A DNA stretch of 32,000 bases from an uncultured delta proteobacterium (GTDB taxonomy: Bacteria > Desulfobacterota > Binatia > UBA9968). The stretch covers positions 51,759 to 83,758 of the forward strand of contig CAWDPO010000011.1 in the NCBI GenBank assembly GCA_963804165.1, read 5' to 3'. Below, piece after piece: positions 16,929 to 26,878 of this stretch; position 1 is the first letter of the stretch, and each line of letters starts with the position of its first letter. Made by a program: the position numbers and the translations under genes. The notes beneath the pieces were generated by a model. It had not been told where the DNA came from and searched no databases. It was given only the letters and a program-made list of their open reading frames with translations.

Positions 16929-18251
16929 TCAGTAGCTAACCGGCGTCGCATCGAAGGCGTCATCGGCGACAGCAGCGTGAACTTCATGATCCTCGTCGAG
17001 AGCGCCGATCAACAACTCGGCAAATCTTTCGACTACACGCTGCCAATCCAAAGAGGCGGCGTACTCGCGTGCCCGGCGCCGCATTTCCGCCAGCGATGGC
17101 GGTTCGTTGGCGAGCTTGGCCGCCGCTTCCACGAACGCTCGTGGATTTCCATTTGGTACTAACACTCCCGTCCTGCCGTCCGCGATGTGTGTCCGCGCCG
17201 CGGCGTAGTTGAAGGCAACGACGATCAGACCGCTCGCCATGGCTTCCAACGTCACGTTGCCGAACGTTTCCGTTTCGCTGGGGAAGAGAAAAATATCCGC
17301 CGAGGCGTAGCGCTTGGCCAGCTCTTCGCCTGTGTGTACGCCGCAGTAGATCAGGTCGGGATGTTTTTCCTGGAGGTTTGCGCGCAGCGGCCCGTCTCCA
17401 ACGAGCACAAATTTTACCCGGCTGCTGACCTGTTGCATGGCGCGGTAAGCCTCGATGGCGAGCGTCAAGTTTTTTTCCGCCGCGATCCGTCCGACGTAGA
17501 GCGCGACCCGATCCTGGTCCGTTGCCCGCCACATGCGCCGCACGGCGGCGGAGCGGCGGCCCGGATTGAACAGGCGGCTGTCCACCCCGCGACCGAGAAC
17601 GCTGACGTTTTTTATTCCCAGCGCTTGCAACCGATCACGCAGGTCAGGGCTGGCGACCAACGTGCCGTGCGCACGGTTGTGGAATTTGTGTAGGTAGCAG
17701 GCGATCAAGGGCCGCGACCATCCCGCATGATAATACCTGGAGTAGCTATCGAAGTTTGTGTGAAAGCCACTGAAGACGGGAATCTTCAGGCGCCGCGCGG
17801 CGCGCAGCGCAGACCAGCCGAGCGGCCCTTCAGTGGCTACGTACACGACGTCCGGACGACAAATCGACCAGCGCCGCCGCAGCGCTGCGCCGGATGGTAA
17901 ACCCAAGTGCAATCCCTGATAGCCAACCAGCGGTAAGCCGGGAACCAGCGTGTCCATCGAACGATCCTTGCGCTCCGCCGAGTCGCTATTCGATTGGCGC
18001 GGGCGGACCACAGATACCGCGTGACCGTGCAGGCGCAAACCCTCGACCAAGCGTGCCAAGGTCAAAGCCACGCCGTTGAGCTCAGGAGGATAAGTCTCGG
18101 TGACAATACAGAAATGGCGCCGACGGTTGGCGTCGTGATCGGACCAAGTTTGATGTGTTGTGCGCATCACCACGTGGTCTGTATGGGCGTGATCGGTTAA
18201 CTTGTTAAAGAAGTAACGGGCCGGGCATAAAACCAATTTTCTTAGAGACAA
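16929..18251 (-). CDS. Glycosyltransferase family 4-type (GT-B)
   Basis: RRRHFCIVTETYPPELNGVALTLARLVEGLRLHGHAVSVVRPRQ...RVALYVGRIAAEKNLTLAIEAYRAM...FLFPSETETFGNVTLEAMASG. Real start may be internal to the ORF. Confidence 0.93.
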   Translation of the reverse strand: MSLRKLVLCPARYFFNKLTDHAHTDHVVMRTTHQTWSDHDANRRRHFCIVTETYPPELNGVALTLARLVEGLRLHGHAVSVVRPRQSNSDSAERKDRSMDTLVPGLPLVGYQGLHLGLPSGAALRRRWSICRPDVVYVATEGPLGWSALRAARRLKIPVFSGFHTNFDSYSRYYHAGWSRPLIACYLHKFHNRAHGTLVASPDLRDRLQALGIKNVSVLGRGVDSRLFNPGRRSAAVRRMWRATDQDRVALYVGRIAAEKNLTLAIEAYRAMQQVSSRVKFVLVGDGPLRANLQEKHPDLIYCGVHTGEELAKRYASADIFLFPSETETFGNVTLEAMASGLIVVAFNYAAARTHIADGRTGVLVPNGNPRAFVEAAAKLANEPPSLAEMRRRAREYAASLDWQRVVERFAELLIGALDEDHEVHAAVADDAFDATPVSY

Positions 18252-18427
18252 CTTAGTCGGGAAATGTGTCGGTTGAGTTACCGATGAACTAAGACTATGT
18301 AAACGCCGCGCGATTTCCGGGAATCAGATCGTCGGGTCTTTAACAGAAGTTTATCCAAACGTCGCGGTTATGTAACGTGTGTTGGAGATGAAGATCCATC
18401 AAATTTCAGAACGAAAGGATGGTCTCC

Positions 18428-19748
18428 ATGAATCTTCATCAGCAACTCAAGCTAGCGCACGGGGTTTTGCGACGGAATATCGGGTGCGATGTCGCCGCGC
18501 CAACCACAACACGAACGAAGCCTTTTCTCGGCGGCATCGTTGAACTGCTCATGCTACTCGCGGGTGCAGCGCCGGCTGGCGCTGATCCTCACGGCGATTC
18601 CCTGCCCAAGCCCCTGGTCATTGGCCCATCGCGGCGCTGCGGGTTATCTGCCCGATCACACACTGGAAGGATATGCGCTCGCCGTAGAGCTCGGCGCCGA
18701 TTTTATCGAGCCCGATCTCGTGGCGACCAAAGACGGCCACTTGATCGCGCGCCACGAGCCAAATTTGATCGCCACGACGGACGTAAGCAAGCGCGCGGAG
18801 TTTGCTGATCGCAAACGCATCGCGATCGTCGATGGGTTTCCCGAGGAAGGATTCTTTGCGTCTGATTTCACACTGGCTGAAATCAAGAAACTGCGCGCCG
18901 TGCAGCCGCTCGGATCCGAACGCCCGGTATATTTCGACGGTTTGTTCCAGATTCCGACATTCGAAGAAGTGATCGCTCTCGCGAAACGGAAGTCGAAAGA
19001 GCAGGGACGGACCATAGGCATTTACCCCGAAACCAAGCACCCCACCTATCATAAGAATCTCGGCCTGCCGTTAGAGCCCAGATTAGTAAAAATCTTGCGG
19101 GCCGAAGGCTGGGATAAATACGATTCGCCCGTGTTCATCCAGTCCTTCGAGCAAGGCAACTTGAAGGAACTGCGTAAGATGACGCGCAACAAGCTCGTCC
19201 AGCTGGTGGACGCCAACGACGTCAAGGACGACGGCACACTGGATTACACGGCGCCGTTTGACCGTCCCTACGACTGGACCGCTTCAAACGATCCGGCGCT
19301 CCTCAGCCGGACATTCGGATTCTTCGCGACCGATGCAGGCTTGAAGGAGATCAAGAGTTACGCGGACGGCATCGGTCCGTGGAAACGCTACATCGTGAGC
19401 TGCGTCGTAGCGAACCTAGCCGGTCCCGGCGAGGCAAGCCGCACGTTGTTGCCGGCTAACGATCTGATCGATCGCGCGCACAAGGCCGGCCTCCTAGTCC
19501 ACACCTGGACCTTTCGCAATGAACAGCGCCGTTTGGTAAGCGATTATGCCGGCAATCCGGTGGAAGAATACTTGCAGTTTTATGATCTCGGCATCGACGG
19601 CGTGTTCTCCGATTTCCCCGATACCGCAGTCGCTGCCCGGGTTTTATTCAAGATCGACGAGCCCGGTTTTGCCCGTTGCTTTACTGAAGGATCTGGCAAA
19701 CAAAACTCTAAGCACTTTGACATCACGCAATGTTTCAATCTCGAATAG
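18428..19748 (+). CDS. Glycerophosphodiester phosphodiesterase family protein, with one frameshift near 18624
   Basis: SLPKPLVI | [46 protein letters not shown]...HTWTFRNEQ...[20 protein letters not shown]; joining frames requires removal of one G in ATTGGCCC. Confidence 0.88.
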
Positions 19749-19995
19749 TTCGCGATTGAAAGATTCATGCACGTTTGATCTTGATGAGGAGAACGTTGCG
19801 AGACGTGGCGGAGGTGCATTTGTCCGTTACGGTCTGAAGGAATTTGCCTTTGTCATTGTCCGGCTTTTTCCCTAAGTTAGAGTGGCAGTTATTCGCATGG
19901 TTGTTGATATGTCGCGTTTGTAAGGAGGATATTGGTCCGTCAGCGGCTGGCATAGTCTTTGATTCTGCATCTTTCTAAAGAAAGGAGTAGAAATC

Positions 19996-20679
19996 ATGAA
20001 CCCATTAAATCGATGCCGGCTCTCGTATGTTTTCCCGGTTGCCGTACTCGCGACCGGACTGACTTGGTTGGCTGGCTGCGTTCCATTGGAGACGGTCCAA
20101 AGACCGAGCTTGCCCGAGGTCCGTTCCGGTATTGCGCGAGGTCCATCCGCGGAGGACACAAGACTACGACCGGGTGAAATCCAGGGAGAAGTCGATGCCG
20201 TCGACCGAGCCAGACGTGAGATTCGAGTGATCGCGGAAGACGGTCGCAGCAACGTGTTGCGTTATGACGTCGACCGTACCAGAGTCACTTACCACGGCTG
20301 GGATTATGCTGTGGCCGACCTTGAGGCGGGCGATCGCATTGCGTACCAATCGGTACCGCGCAGTAGCGCATACGTCGAAACCATACGCGTCCTGGAACCG
20401 GTGCAAGCCCGGTCGGCTCCGAGCATTGCACGGCCCGGTCCAGCGCGACCTCGACCGGACATCGTCGAAGGCACAGTGGACCGAGTGGATCATAGTCTCG
20501 GCGTATTCGACATCAGACCGCGCACGGGCCGAACCGTTACAGTCTCCGTTCCCTACAATGCCAGGGCAGCCGACGTTGACAACTTCCGCGCTTTGCGTCG
20601 CGGCGATCCGGTGCGAGTCGAGGGTGAGTTCGTGAGCCCGGACAGCTTTCAACTTCTAGCCTTTCTATCGTCGCGATAA
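19996..20679 (+). CDS. Putative lipoprotein with two OB-like/DUF5666-like repeats
   Basis: Lipobox in VAVLATGLTWLAGC; two similar segments GEVDAVDRARREIRVIAEDGR...VTYHGW... and GTVDRVDHSLGVFDIRPRTGRTVTVSVPY. Confidence 0.65.
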   Translation: MNPLNRCRLSYVFPVAVLATGLTWLAGCVPLETVQRPSLPEVRSGIARGPSAEDTRLRPGEIQGEVDAVDRARREIRVIAEDGRSNVLRYDVDRTRVTYHGWDYAVADLEAGDRIAYQSVPRSSAYVETIRVLEPVQARSAPSIARPGPARPRPDIVEGTVDRVDHSLGVFDIRPRTGRTVTVSVPYNARAADVDNFRALRRGDPVRVEGEFVSPDSFQLLAFLSSR

Positions 20680-21062
20680 TTGCCGAGTAATTTCGAGCGC
20701 GGGCTGGCCGCGACCTATCGCTGAGACCACGGGCAGCTCGCGCAAACCGATCACGCCTCGACCGTCGCCTTCATTCGCGTGAAAATCCTTTCAGCGCTAG
20801 AGCGCGCAGAGTGACACTTGCTCGGAGCTGTCATCCTGGCCAAGTGAAGGAGGATCTCGCTTACTTCCTGCCTAACGATTCCACTCGTTTGACACGACGC
20901 TTGCTCTTCGGCTAGCGTCCGTCGACACATCATCGAGGGCAAGCTTGATCAACATTAGCCGATCATTCGCGACTCTGAAGTTCATGACGGCCAGCATCGC
21001 GGGTACCCAGTGCAACGAATTGAGCGACGTGAATCGAACTCAACGTCTCCCTATGGCGATTC

Positions 21063-22568
21063 ATGCTTGATTCTCTGGCCAGCCTGGCCTTCGGTTTTTC
21101 GGTTGCCCTACAAGCGCAAAATCTTTTTTATTGCTTCATCGGGGTAACAATGGGGACCCTGGTTGGGGTTCTCCCCGGACTGGGTCCGACGGTGACGATT
21201 GCGTTGCTCCTGCCGGCCACCTTCCAACTCAATCCTGTTTCTGCCATTATCATGCTCTCGGGCATCTGTTATGGCGCCATGTACGGCGGCTCGACGACTT
21301 CGATCTTACTCAACATCCCCGGCGAAGCAGCTTCAGTGGTGACCTGCCTTGATGGCTATCAAATGGCCCGTCAAGGCCGCGGCGGTCCGGCTCTTGGAAT
21401 CTCGGCCTTCGGCTCCTTTATCGCGGGGACCATCAGCATCTTCGGCCTAGTCTTTCTCGCGCCGACCTTGGCCGAGCTTGGCCTCAAGTTCGGCCCGCCG
21501 GAGTACTTTGCCCTCATGGTCATGGGATTGACGGTCGTTGCGTACCTCGCGCGTAGGTCCATGGCTAAAGCTCTCGTGATGACTGTGTTCGGCATTGTTC
21601 TCGGATGCATCGGTTTAGATCCGGTGACTGCGACGCCGCGTTTTACTTTCGGCATGCTCGGGCTCGCCGACGGGATCAGTTTGCCGGCGATGGTCATGGG
21701 ACTGTTCGGCATCGCCGAAGTTTTAGAGAATCTCGGCGTGCGCGCCAAGGCAGAAGTTTATTCCGGGAAGATTCAAGGACTCTTTCCCGACCGGGAAGAC
21801 TGGCGGCGATCCGCGGGACCGATAGCGCGGGGCTCTCTTTTGGGATTCTTTCTCGGCCTGGTGCCCGGCGTCGGCGCGATCGTGCCGCAGTTTTTGAGCT
21901 ACGCGTTGGAAAAAAAGCTCTCGGCCCATCCAGAGCGTTTCGGCAGCGGGGAAATCGAGGGTGTCGCGGCACCCGAAGCGTGCAATAACGCCGCCATGGG
22001 CGGAACTTTCATTCCGCTCTTGAGTCTGGGTATTCCTTCGAGCGCCACCACCGCCGTGCTGCTCGGCGCTTTGATGATCTACGGCCTGACCCCCGGACCT
22101 TTGCTGATCAAAAACTCGCCGGATCTTTTCTGGGGTGTCATTGCGAGCATGTATATCGGTAATGCGCTGCTGTTGGTTCTTAACCTGCCGCTTATTCCTC
22201 TGTGGGTGAAAATTTTGCAGATCCCCTATGCTTACCTCGCGTCTTTTATTATTTTGTTCTGCTTGATCGGCGCCTATAGTCTCAACAACAGCACCGCGGA
22301 TATTTTTGTTGCCGTCCTGTTCAGTTTGATCGGGCTATTGTTAAAAAAATTTGATTTCGAGCCGGCGCCTTTGGTGCTGGCTTTTGTTTTGGGTCCCATG
22401 CTCGAGACCGCTCTAAGGCGCTCCCTGATATTATCGGACGGCAGCTTTGAGATCTTTCTCACGCGACCGATATCGGCCGCTTTTATACTGTTGGCTCTGG
22501 TTGCATTGACGGCGCCGCTGCTTGGCAAGAAGGTGAGGGTGGGACGTGGACTCAGTGAAGAAGATTAA
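21063..22568 (+). CDS. tctA: Tripartite tricarboxylate transporter permease, large subunit
   Basis: 501 aa; GVTMGTLVGVLPGLGPTVTIALLLPATFQLNPVSAIIMLSGICYGAMYGGSTTSILLNIPGEAASVVTCLDGYQMARQGRGGPALGI. Confidence 0.95.
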   Translation: MLDSLASLAFGFSVALQAQNLFYCFIGVTMGTLVGVLPGLGPTVTIALLLPATFQLNPVSAIIMLSGICYGAMYGGSTTSILLNIPGEAASVVTCLDGYQMARQGRGGPALGISAFGSFIAGTISIFGLVFLAPTLAELGLKFGPPEYFALMVMGLTVVAYLARRSMAKALVMTVFGIVLGCIGLDPVTATPRFTFGMLGLADGISLPAMVMGLFGIAEVLENLGVRAKAEVYSGKIQGLFPDREDWRRSAGPIARGSLLGFFLGLVPGVGAIVPQFLSYALEKKLSAHPERFGSGEIEGVAAPEACNNAAMGGTFIPLLSLGIPSSATTAVLLGALMIYGLTPGPLLIKNSPDLFWGVIASMYIGNALLLVLNLPLIPLWVKILQIPYAYLASFIILFCLIGAYSLNNSTADIFVAVLFSLIGLLLKKFDFEPAPLVLAFVLGPMLETALRRSLILSDGSFEIFLTRPISAAFILLALVALTAPLLGKKVRVGRGLSEED

Positions 22569-23016
22569 AAGAACGCTCGACACGGTCGGCGCGCTTTTCT
22601 GGTTTGTCTTGGCACTGGCAATATGTTACCGAGCCAGCTTACTCGGCATCGGCAGCGCCAGCGAGCCGGGCTCCGGGTTTATCTTTTTTTGGTCCGGAGT
22701 GATCATGGCATTTCTCGCGCTGCTGATTTTTGCCGATTCTCTGCGGGTAGGCGGCGAAGATGGCGCGAAGTTTATTGGAATAAATTGGCCGAAAGTGTTG
22801 CTCGTTCTGGGGGCTATCCTCCTATATGGACTTTTACTGGAAAAGGTCGGCTTCGTCTTGACAACCTTTGCGCTGATGAGCTTTCTACTTTGGATCAGCG
22901 ACGATACGAAGTGGCCGATTGCCCTCGCTGTTGCAGGTGCCGCCGCGTTGGGCAGTTTCGCGCTATTCGACCTTTGGTTACAGATCAGGCTTCCCAAAGG
23001 GATCTTCGGCATTTGA
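22546..23016 (+). CDS. tctB: Tripartite tricarboxylate transporter small permease
   Basis: 156 aa, four predicted TMs, overlaps the tctA end; position between tctA and tctC. Confidence 0.88.
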   Translation: MDSVKKIKRTLDTVGALFWFVLALAICYRASLLGIGSASEPGSGFIFFWSGVIMAFLALLIFADSLRVGGEDGAKFIGINWPKVLLVLGAILLYGLLLEKVGFVLTTFALMSFLLWISDDTKWPIALAVAGAAALGSFALFDLWLQIRLPKGIFGI

Positions 23017-23034
23017 CTCGAAACGGAGGAAACC

Positions 23035-24021
23035 ATGCGGTCGTCAGACAAAAGAATTTTGCTCATCTTAACTCTGGTTCTGGGTATTTCTTTGTTGCCG
23101 GCGATGGCTCGGGCGCAGGACAAATATCCCTCCCGGCCGATCGAAATGGTCGTCGCCTTTCCGGCGGGCGGCTTCGCCGATCTGACGGGAAGGATCTTCG
23201 CCGACGAAATGTCGAAGCTGCTCAACGTTACTTTTGCTCCCGTGAACAAAGGCGGAGCCACCGGCAGTCTCGCCGCCAGTGGTGTCCTGCGCGCGCCCAA
23301 GGACGGCTACAATCTGCTCGTCAATACCCTGGGGGGCATGGTGCTGGCGCCGATCGTCCTGAAAGATGTCGCCTACGATGCCCAGAAGGATTTTTATCCG
23401 GTTGCGTATATTACTTCCGCGCCGGACGGGCTTACGGTGCGCGCCGACTCTCCGTTCAAATCTATTCATGATTTGATCGACGCGGCCAAAAAGAACCCGG
23501 CAAAATTATCCTACGGCACGGCGGGGACCGGAGTCGGGGGTCACTTCAACGCGGCGATCTTTGCGCACAGCGCCGCTATCAAAATTAAACACGTGCCGTT
23601 CAAAGGCGGCGGCGAGTATGTTCCATCGCTCTTGGGAGGACACATCGATTTCGTCGTCGGCACCGCGATCGCTACGCTGCCCCAAGAGCAGGCGGGCAAA
23701 CTGAGAACTTTGGCGTTTCTTAGCGACAATAAAATGCCCGCTCTACCCGGCGTCTCGACGGCTTCTCAACTCGGTATCAAGGGAGATTTTCTCGATAGCT
23801 GGGCGGGTTGTTTCGTCGCGACGGGGACACCGAAGGCCGCGATCGACGCGCTCGTGACCGCCGCCGATAAAGTGCTCAAGTCCAAACCGTTCGCCGAACG
23901 GATCGAAAAGACCGGCGGCATCGTGCAGTACCTTTCGCCGTCTCAGTTTCAGTCGATGATCGAGAAAAACAAAAACAGCGCCATGGAAACAGCCAAGAGG
24001 GAGGGGCTGCTACCGCAGTAA
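23035..24021 (+). CDS. tctC: Tripartite tricarboxylate transporter substrate-binding protein
   Basis: 328 aa; signal peptide, DKYPSRPIEMVVAFPAGGFADLTGRIFADEMSKLL...VVNKGGATGSLAAS; ANPAKLSYGTAGTGVGGHF; VPFKGGGEYVPSLLGGHIDFVVG. Confidence 0.95.
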   Translation: MRSSDKRILLILTLVLGISLLPAMARAQDKYPSRPIEMVVAFPAGGFADLTGRIFADEMSKLLNVTFAPVNKGGATGSLAASGVLRAPKDGYNLLVNTLGGMVLAPIVLKDVAYDAQKDFYPVAYITSAPDGLTVRADSPFKSIHDLIDAAKKNPAKLSYGTAGTGVGGHFNAAIFAHSAAIKIKHVPFKGGGEYVPSLLGGHIDFVVGTAIATLPQEQAGKLRTLAFLSDNKMPALPGVSTASQLGIKGDFLDSWAGCFVATGTPKAAIDALVTAADKVLKSKPFAERIEKTGGIVQYLSPSQFQSMIEKNKNSAMETAKREGLLPQ

Positions 24022-24263
24022 GAATAGTTTCAGAATGATTCACGCGAAAAAACAGATTTCCAGGTGATTCTGTCTATGAGGGAAATAACTTGCCATCGCA
24101 TGATTCGGTGCTGATCTCACGGAGGAACTGTGGACGATCCAGACAGAAATCTTAGTGGTGAGGCGCAACCTTGAGTATATTTTCGAAGTAAGCCGTCGGG
24201 CGAACCACAAATATGAAAATTTTCTTGGCCGCGCGCTTGTGACGTGTTAGTCTCCGAGGAGAA

Positions 24264-24989
24264 ATGGTTCCAAAGAAAATTTTTTACACCAAAGGAGTCG
24301 GGGTTCATAAGGAAAAGCTGGCTTCTTTTGAAATGGCGCTGAGGGTTGCCGGCCTGGCCCACTGTAATTTGGTCCTGGTTTCGAGCATCTTTCCGCCAGA
24401 CTGCAAGATTGTTCCCAAGGAGGAAGGCTTAAAGCTGTTACGACCCGGCGAGATCGTATTTGCCGTTTATGATCGAGAAAGTAACAACGAGCCGAATCGC
24501 CTCATTGCAGCTTCGGTCGGCGTGGCGATCCCCGCAGATTCGTCCGTGCATGGGTATCTTTCCGAGCATCATTCGTTTGGTGAAACGGACGAAAAAGCCG
24601 GCGAATATGCCGAAGACCTTGCCGCTAGCATGTTGGCGACCACCTTGGGGATCGAATTTGATCCTGAATTGGATTGGGACGAGCGAGAGCAGATTTTTAA
24701 GATGTCGGGAAAGATCGTCCGTACCACCAATATCACTCAGTCTGCGGTTGGCAATAAGGATGGTCTCTGGACCACGGTGTTTGCAGCTGCGGTTTTTATC
24801 AATGACGAAAGCCTATCTTTTGACATCGGAAAGTCCGTCACTGTTAGCAATAAGGCTCCGCTTCAGGAAGAAGTCTTGAGGCAAACGTTACAGAGCCAGT
24901 CTAAAACGATCCAAGCCAACGACAAACTAGCGCAGCGTAACATAGAGCAGCCTAGACTCGCTCCGGCGACAAAAAAGAGCCTTTCGTAA
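24264..24989 (+). CDS. pdaD: Pyruvoyl-dependent arginine decarboxylase with C-terminal extension
   Basis: [55 protein letters not shown] (Ser-Ser self-cleavage site) ... [23 protein letters not shown]. Confidence 0.88.
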   Translation: MVPKKIFYTKGVGVHKEKLASFEMALRVAGLAHCNLVLVSSIFPPDCKIVPKEEGLKLLRPGEIVFAVYDRESNNEPNRLIAASVGVAIPADSSVHGYLSEHHSFGETDEKAGEYAEDLAASMLATTLGIEFDPELDWDEREQIFKMSGKIVRTTNITQSAVGNKDGLWTTVFAAAVFINDESLSFDIGKSVTVSNKAPLQEEVLRQTLQSQSKTIQANDKLAQRNIEQPRLAPATKKSLS

Positions 24990-25192
24990 ACTCCTTCTAC
25001 TTACGTTCTAAGTCGTTTGACTTTGAGAATTCTCAAGGTCGAAAAGGTTCTGAGCAAGAAGCTAAGCCGTTAACCTATTGGATTGCTGTGCAGCCCGCTG
25101 TTCGGCGAGAAGTTGCGTCAAGAAGTACCAAGAGAATCGTGCTAGCGTGATTTCGCAAGGCGGTAAACCGGAACCGATCGAAGAGATGACCT

Positions 25193-25777
25193 GTGGCTAG
25201 GAACGAGCAAACAGTTTATTTATTGCGCCATGGGGAGACCGAGTGGAGTCTCAATGGACAACACACCGGCGTCACCGATATTCCACTGACCGAGAACGGC
25301 CGCAGGGCCGCGCGCCTCCTCAAAACCATTCTAGCCAAGGTGACCTTTGCATTGGTCCTCACCAGTCCGCTCCAGCGCGCTCGCGAAACCAGCGAGTTGG
25401 CCGGGCTTGGCCAACTCGCTAACGTCGAGCCCGACTTAATCGAGTGGAACTATGGCGAGTACGAGGGACTCAAGACGGAACAAATCCGCCTGACGAGACC
25501 CGCTTGGTCGGTGTTTCGAGACGGCTGCCCCGGCGGCGAGACACCGGAGCAGGTGGGCGCGCGCGCCGATCGCGTCATCACGAAGGTTCGCGCCGCAGAG
25601 GGAGACGTTGCCCTATTCGCGCACGGCCATATCCTGCGCGTTCTCGCGGTGCGCTGGATCAACCTATCGCCAGGCTATGGCGAGAACTTCTTGCTCGACA
25701 CGGCGACCCTGAACGTCCTCGGTTACTACCGCGAGTCTCCAGCCTTCAAGATTTGGAACGCGCCGCTGGCGCGCTGA
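25193..25777 (+). CDS. Histidine phosphatase family protein (phosphoglycerate mutase-like)
   Basis: VYLLRHGETEWSLNGQHTGVTDIPLTENGRRAARLL; LTSPLQRARETSELAG; FAHGHILRVLAVRWI. Confidence 0.94.
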   Translation: MARNEQTVYLLRHGETEWSLNGQHTGVTDIPLTENGRRAARLLKTILAKVTFALVLTSPLQRARETSELAGLGQLANVEPDLIEWNYGEYEGLKTEQIRLTRPAWSVFRDGCPGGETPEQVGARADRVITKVRAAEGDVALFAHGHILRVLAVRWINLSPGYGENFLLDTATLNVLGYYRESPAFKIWNAPLAR

Positions 25778-25803
25778 ACGTCGAACATAGACGTTGCTCA
25801 GCC

Positions 25804-26496
25804 TCATCCTTCCAGCGCCAATCTAACGGCTTCGTTTACGTGAAGTGCCATCGTATCGAACAGCCTGACCGGGGTATCTTCAACGTGAATAAGTAAGGGG
25901 AGCTCCGTACACGCAAGGACCACCGCTTCTGCGCCCGCTCGTTGGAGATCCAGAATCATTGCTTTAATCTTTTGTTTGGATTCGGGAATCAGCTTTCCCG
26001 CGCACAGCTCGTTAAATATCACGTTGTGGACATAGTCGCGCGCTACCCGGTCGGGGACCACAACATCTATTCCCCTAGCGCGAAACCGTTCCTTATAGAA
26101 ATCCTGTTCCATCACGAAACGGGTGCCCAAAAGGCCAACCCTGGAGATCTCAGCCTTGGTGACCTCCTCCGCAGTGACATCGGCGATGTGCAACAACGGG
26201 ACGTGGATCGATCGCTGCACTGCATCCGCGACCTTGTGGGCTGTATTCGACGCCATGATTGCAAACTCCGCGCCGGCTTTTTCAACGCGGGCAATTGCGT
26301 CAATTAGAATTGTCGCTAGTTCCTCCCAACGTTCCTCCAGTTCGAGTTGTGCGGCTCGCTGGAAATCCATGCTGTACATGACCAGCTCTGCGGAATGAGC
26401 CGGCCCTAATCTTGATTTGATGCTCTCATTGATCAAACGGTAATACTCGGCTGAGGACTCCCAGCTCATGCCGCCAATAATGCCGATGGTTTTCAT
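25804..26496 (-). CDS. Aspartate/glutamate racemase family protein
   Basis: MKTIGIIGGMSWESSAEYYRLINESIKSRLG...FAIMASNTAHKVADAVQRSIHVPLLHIADVTAEE...VVLACTELPLLI. Confidence 0.93.
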   Translation of the reverse strand: MKTIGIIGGMSWESSAEYYRLINESIKSRLGPAHSAELVMYSMDFQRAAQLELEERWEELATILIDAIARVEKAGAEFAIMASNTAHKVADAVQRSIHVPLLHIADVTAEEVTKAEISRVGLLGTRFVMEQDFYKERFRARGIDVVVPDRVARDYVHNVIFNELCAGKLIPESKQKIKAMILDLQRAGAEAVVLACTELPLLIHVEDTPVRLFDTMALHVNEAVRLALEG

Positions 26497-26514
26497 GGTT
26501 CTCTCCGTTCTTGT

Positions 26515-26721
26515 CCAGTGTCCTGTCTCAGAAGGTTTGCGACATAATTCTCGCGTCATTCCGTCGGAAAATCTCCCCTTCCCCTCTTTGGCAAAGAGGG
26601 GTGAGAATCGCACGGAGAAAATTCCCCCTTTGAAAAAGGGGGACAAAGGGGGATTTGAGTTCAACTTCAGAGGCTGCCATCGTTTGGACTTTTTAAACGA
26701 ACTTCTGAGACGCCACACTAG
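26515..26721. mobile_element. MITE-like non-autonomous element, copy B (207 bp)
   Basis: TIRs CCAGTGTCCTGTCTCAGAAGGTTTG / CGAACTTCTGAGACGCCACACTAG; internal hairpin CCCCTCTTTGGCAAAGAGGGG (26581-26601) and CCCCCTTTGAAAAAGGGGG block; shares order and sequence blocks with 9084-9274. Confidence 0.85.
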
Positions 26722-26848
26722 CAGTCTACTGAAAAAGACTCATAGGCTTCGTTGCGCTCAATCGCCTCGCGTCAAGGTACTGCCGATGTACGCCTCCGCT
26801 CCCCGATTTTTCGCGCGCCTCGCCTCTAAGTCTTTTTGAGCAGCCTGC
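26721..26848. mobile_element. Second, different MITE-like palindromic-ended element abutting copy B
   Basis: GCAGTCTACTGAAAAAGACT (26721-26740) is inverted as AGTCTTTTTGAGCAGCCTGC (26829-26848), 17 of 20 matching. Confidence 0.7.
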
Positions 26849-26878
26849 AATCCGGGTTTTCAGCAACCTACTGGAACC

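Noticed and set aside
16984-17532. 182-aa and neighbouring ORFs within the glycosyltransferase gene
   Set aside because: Alternate-frame translation of the intact 440-aa glycosyltransferase.
22623-23471. 282-aa plus-strand ORF spanning tctB-tctC
   Set aside because: Out-of-frame overlap with well supported tctB and tctC; Arg/Cys-rich shadow translation.
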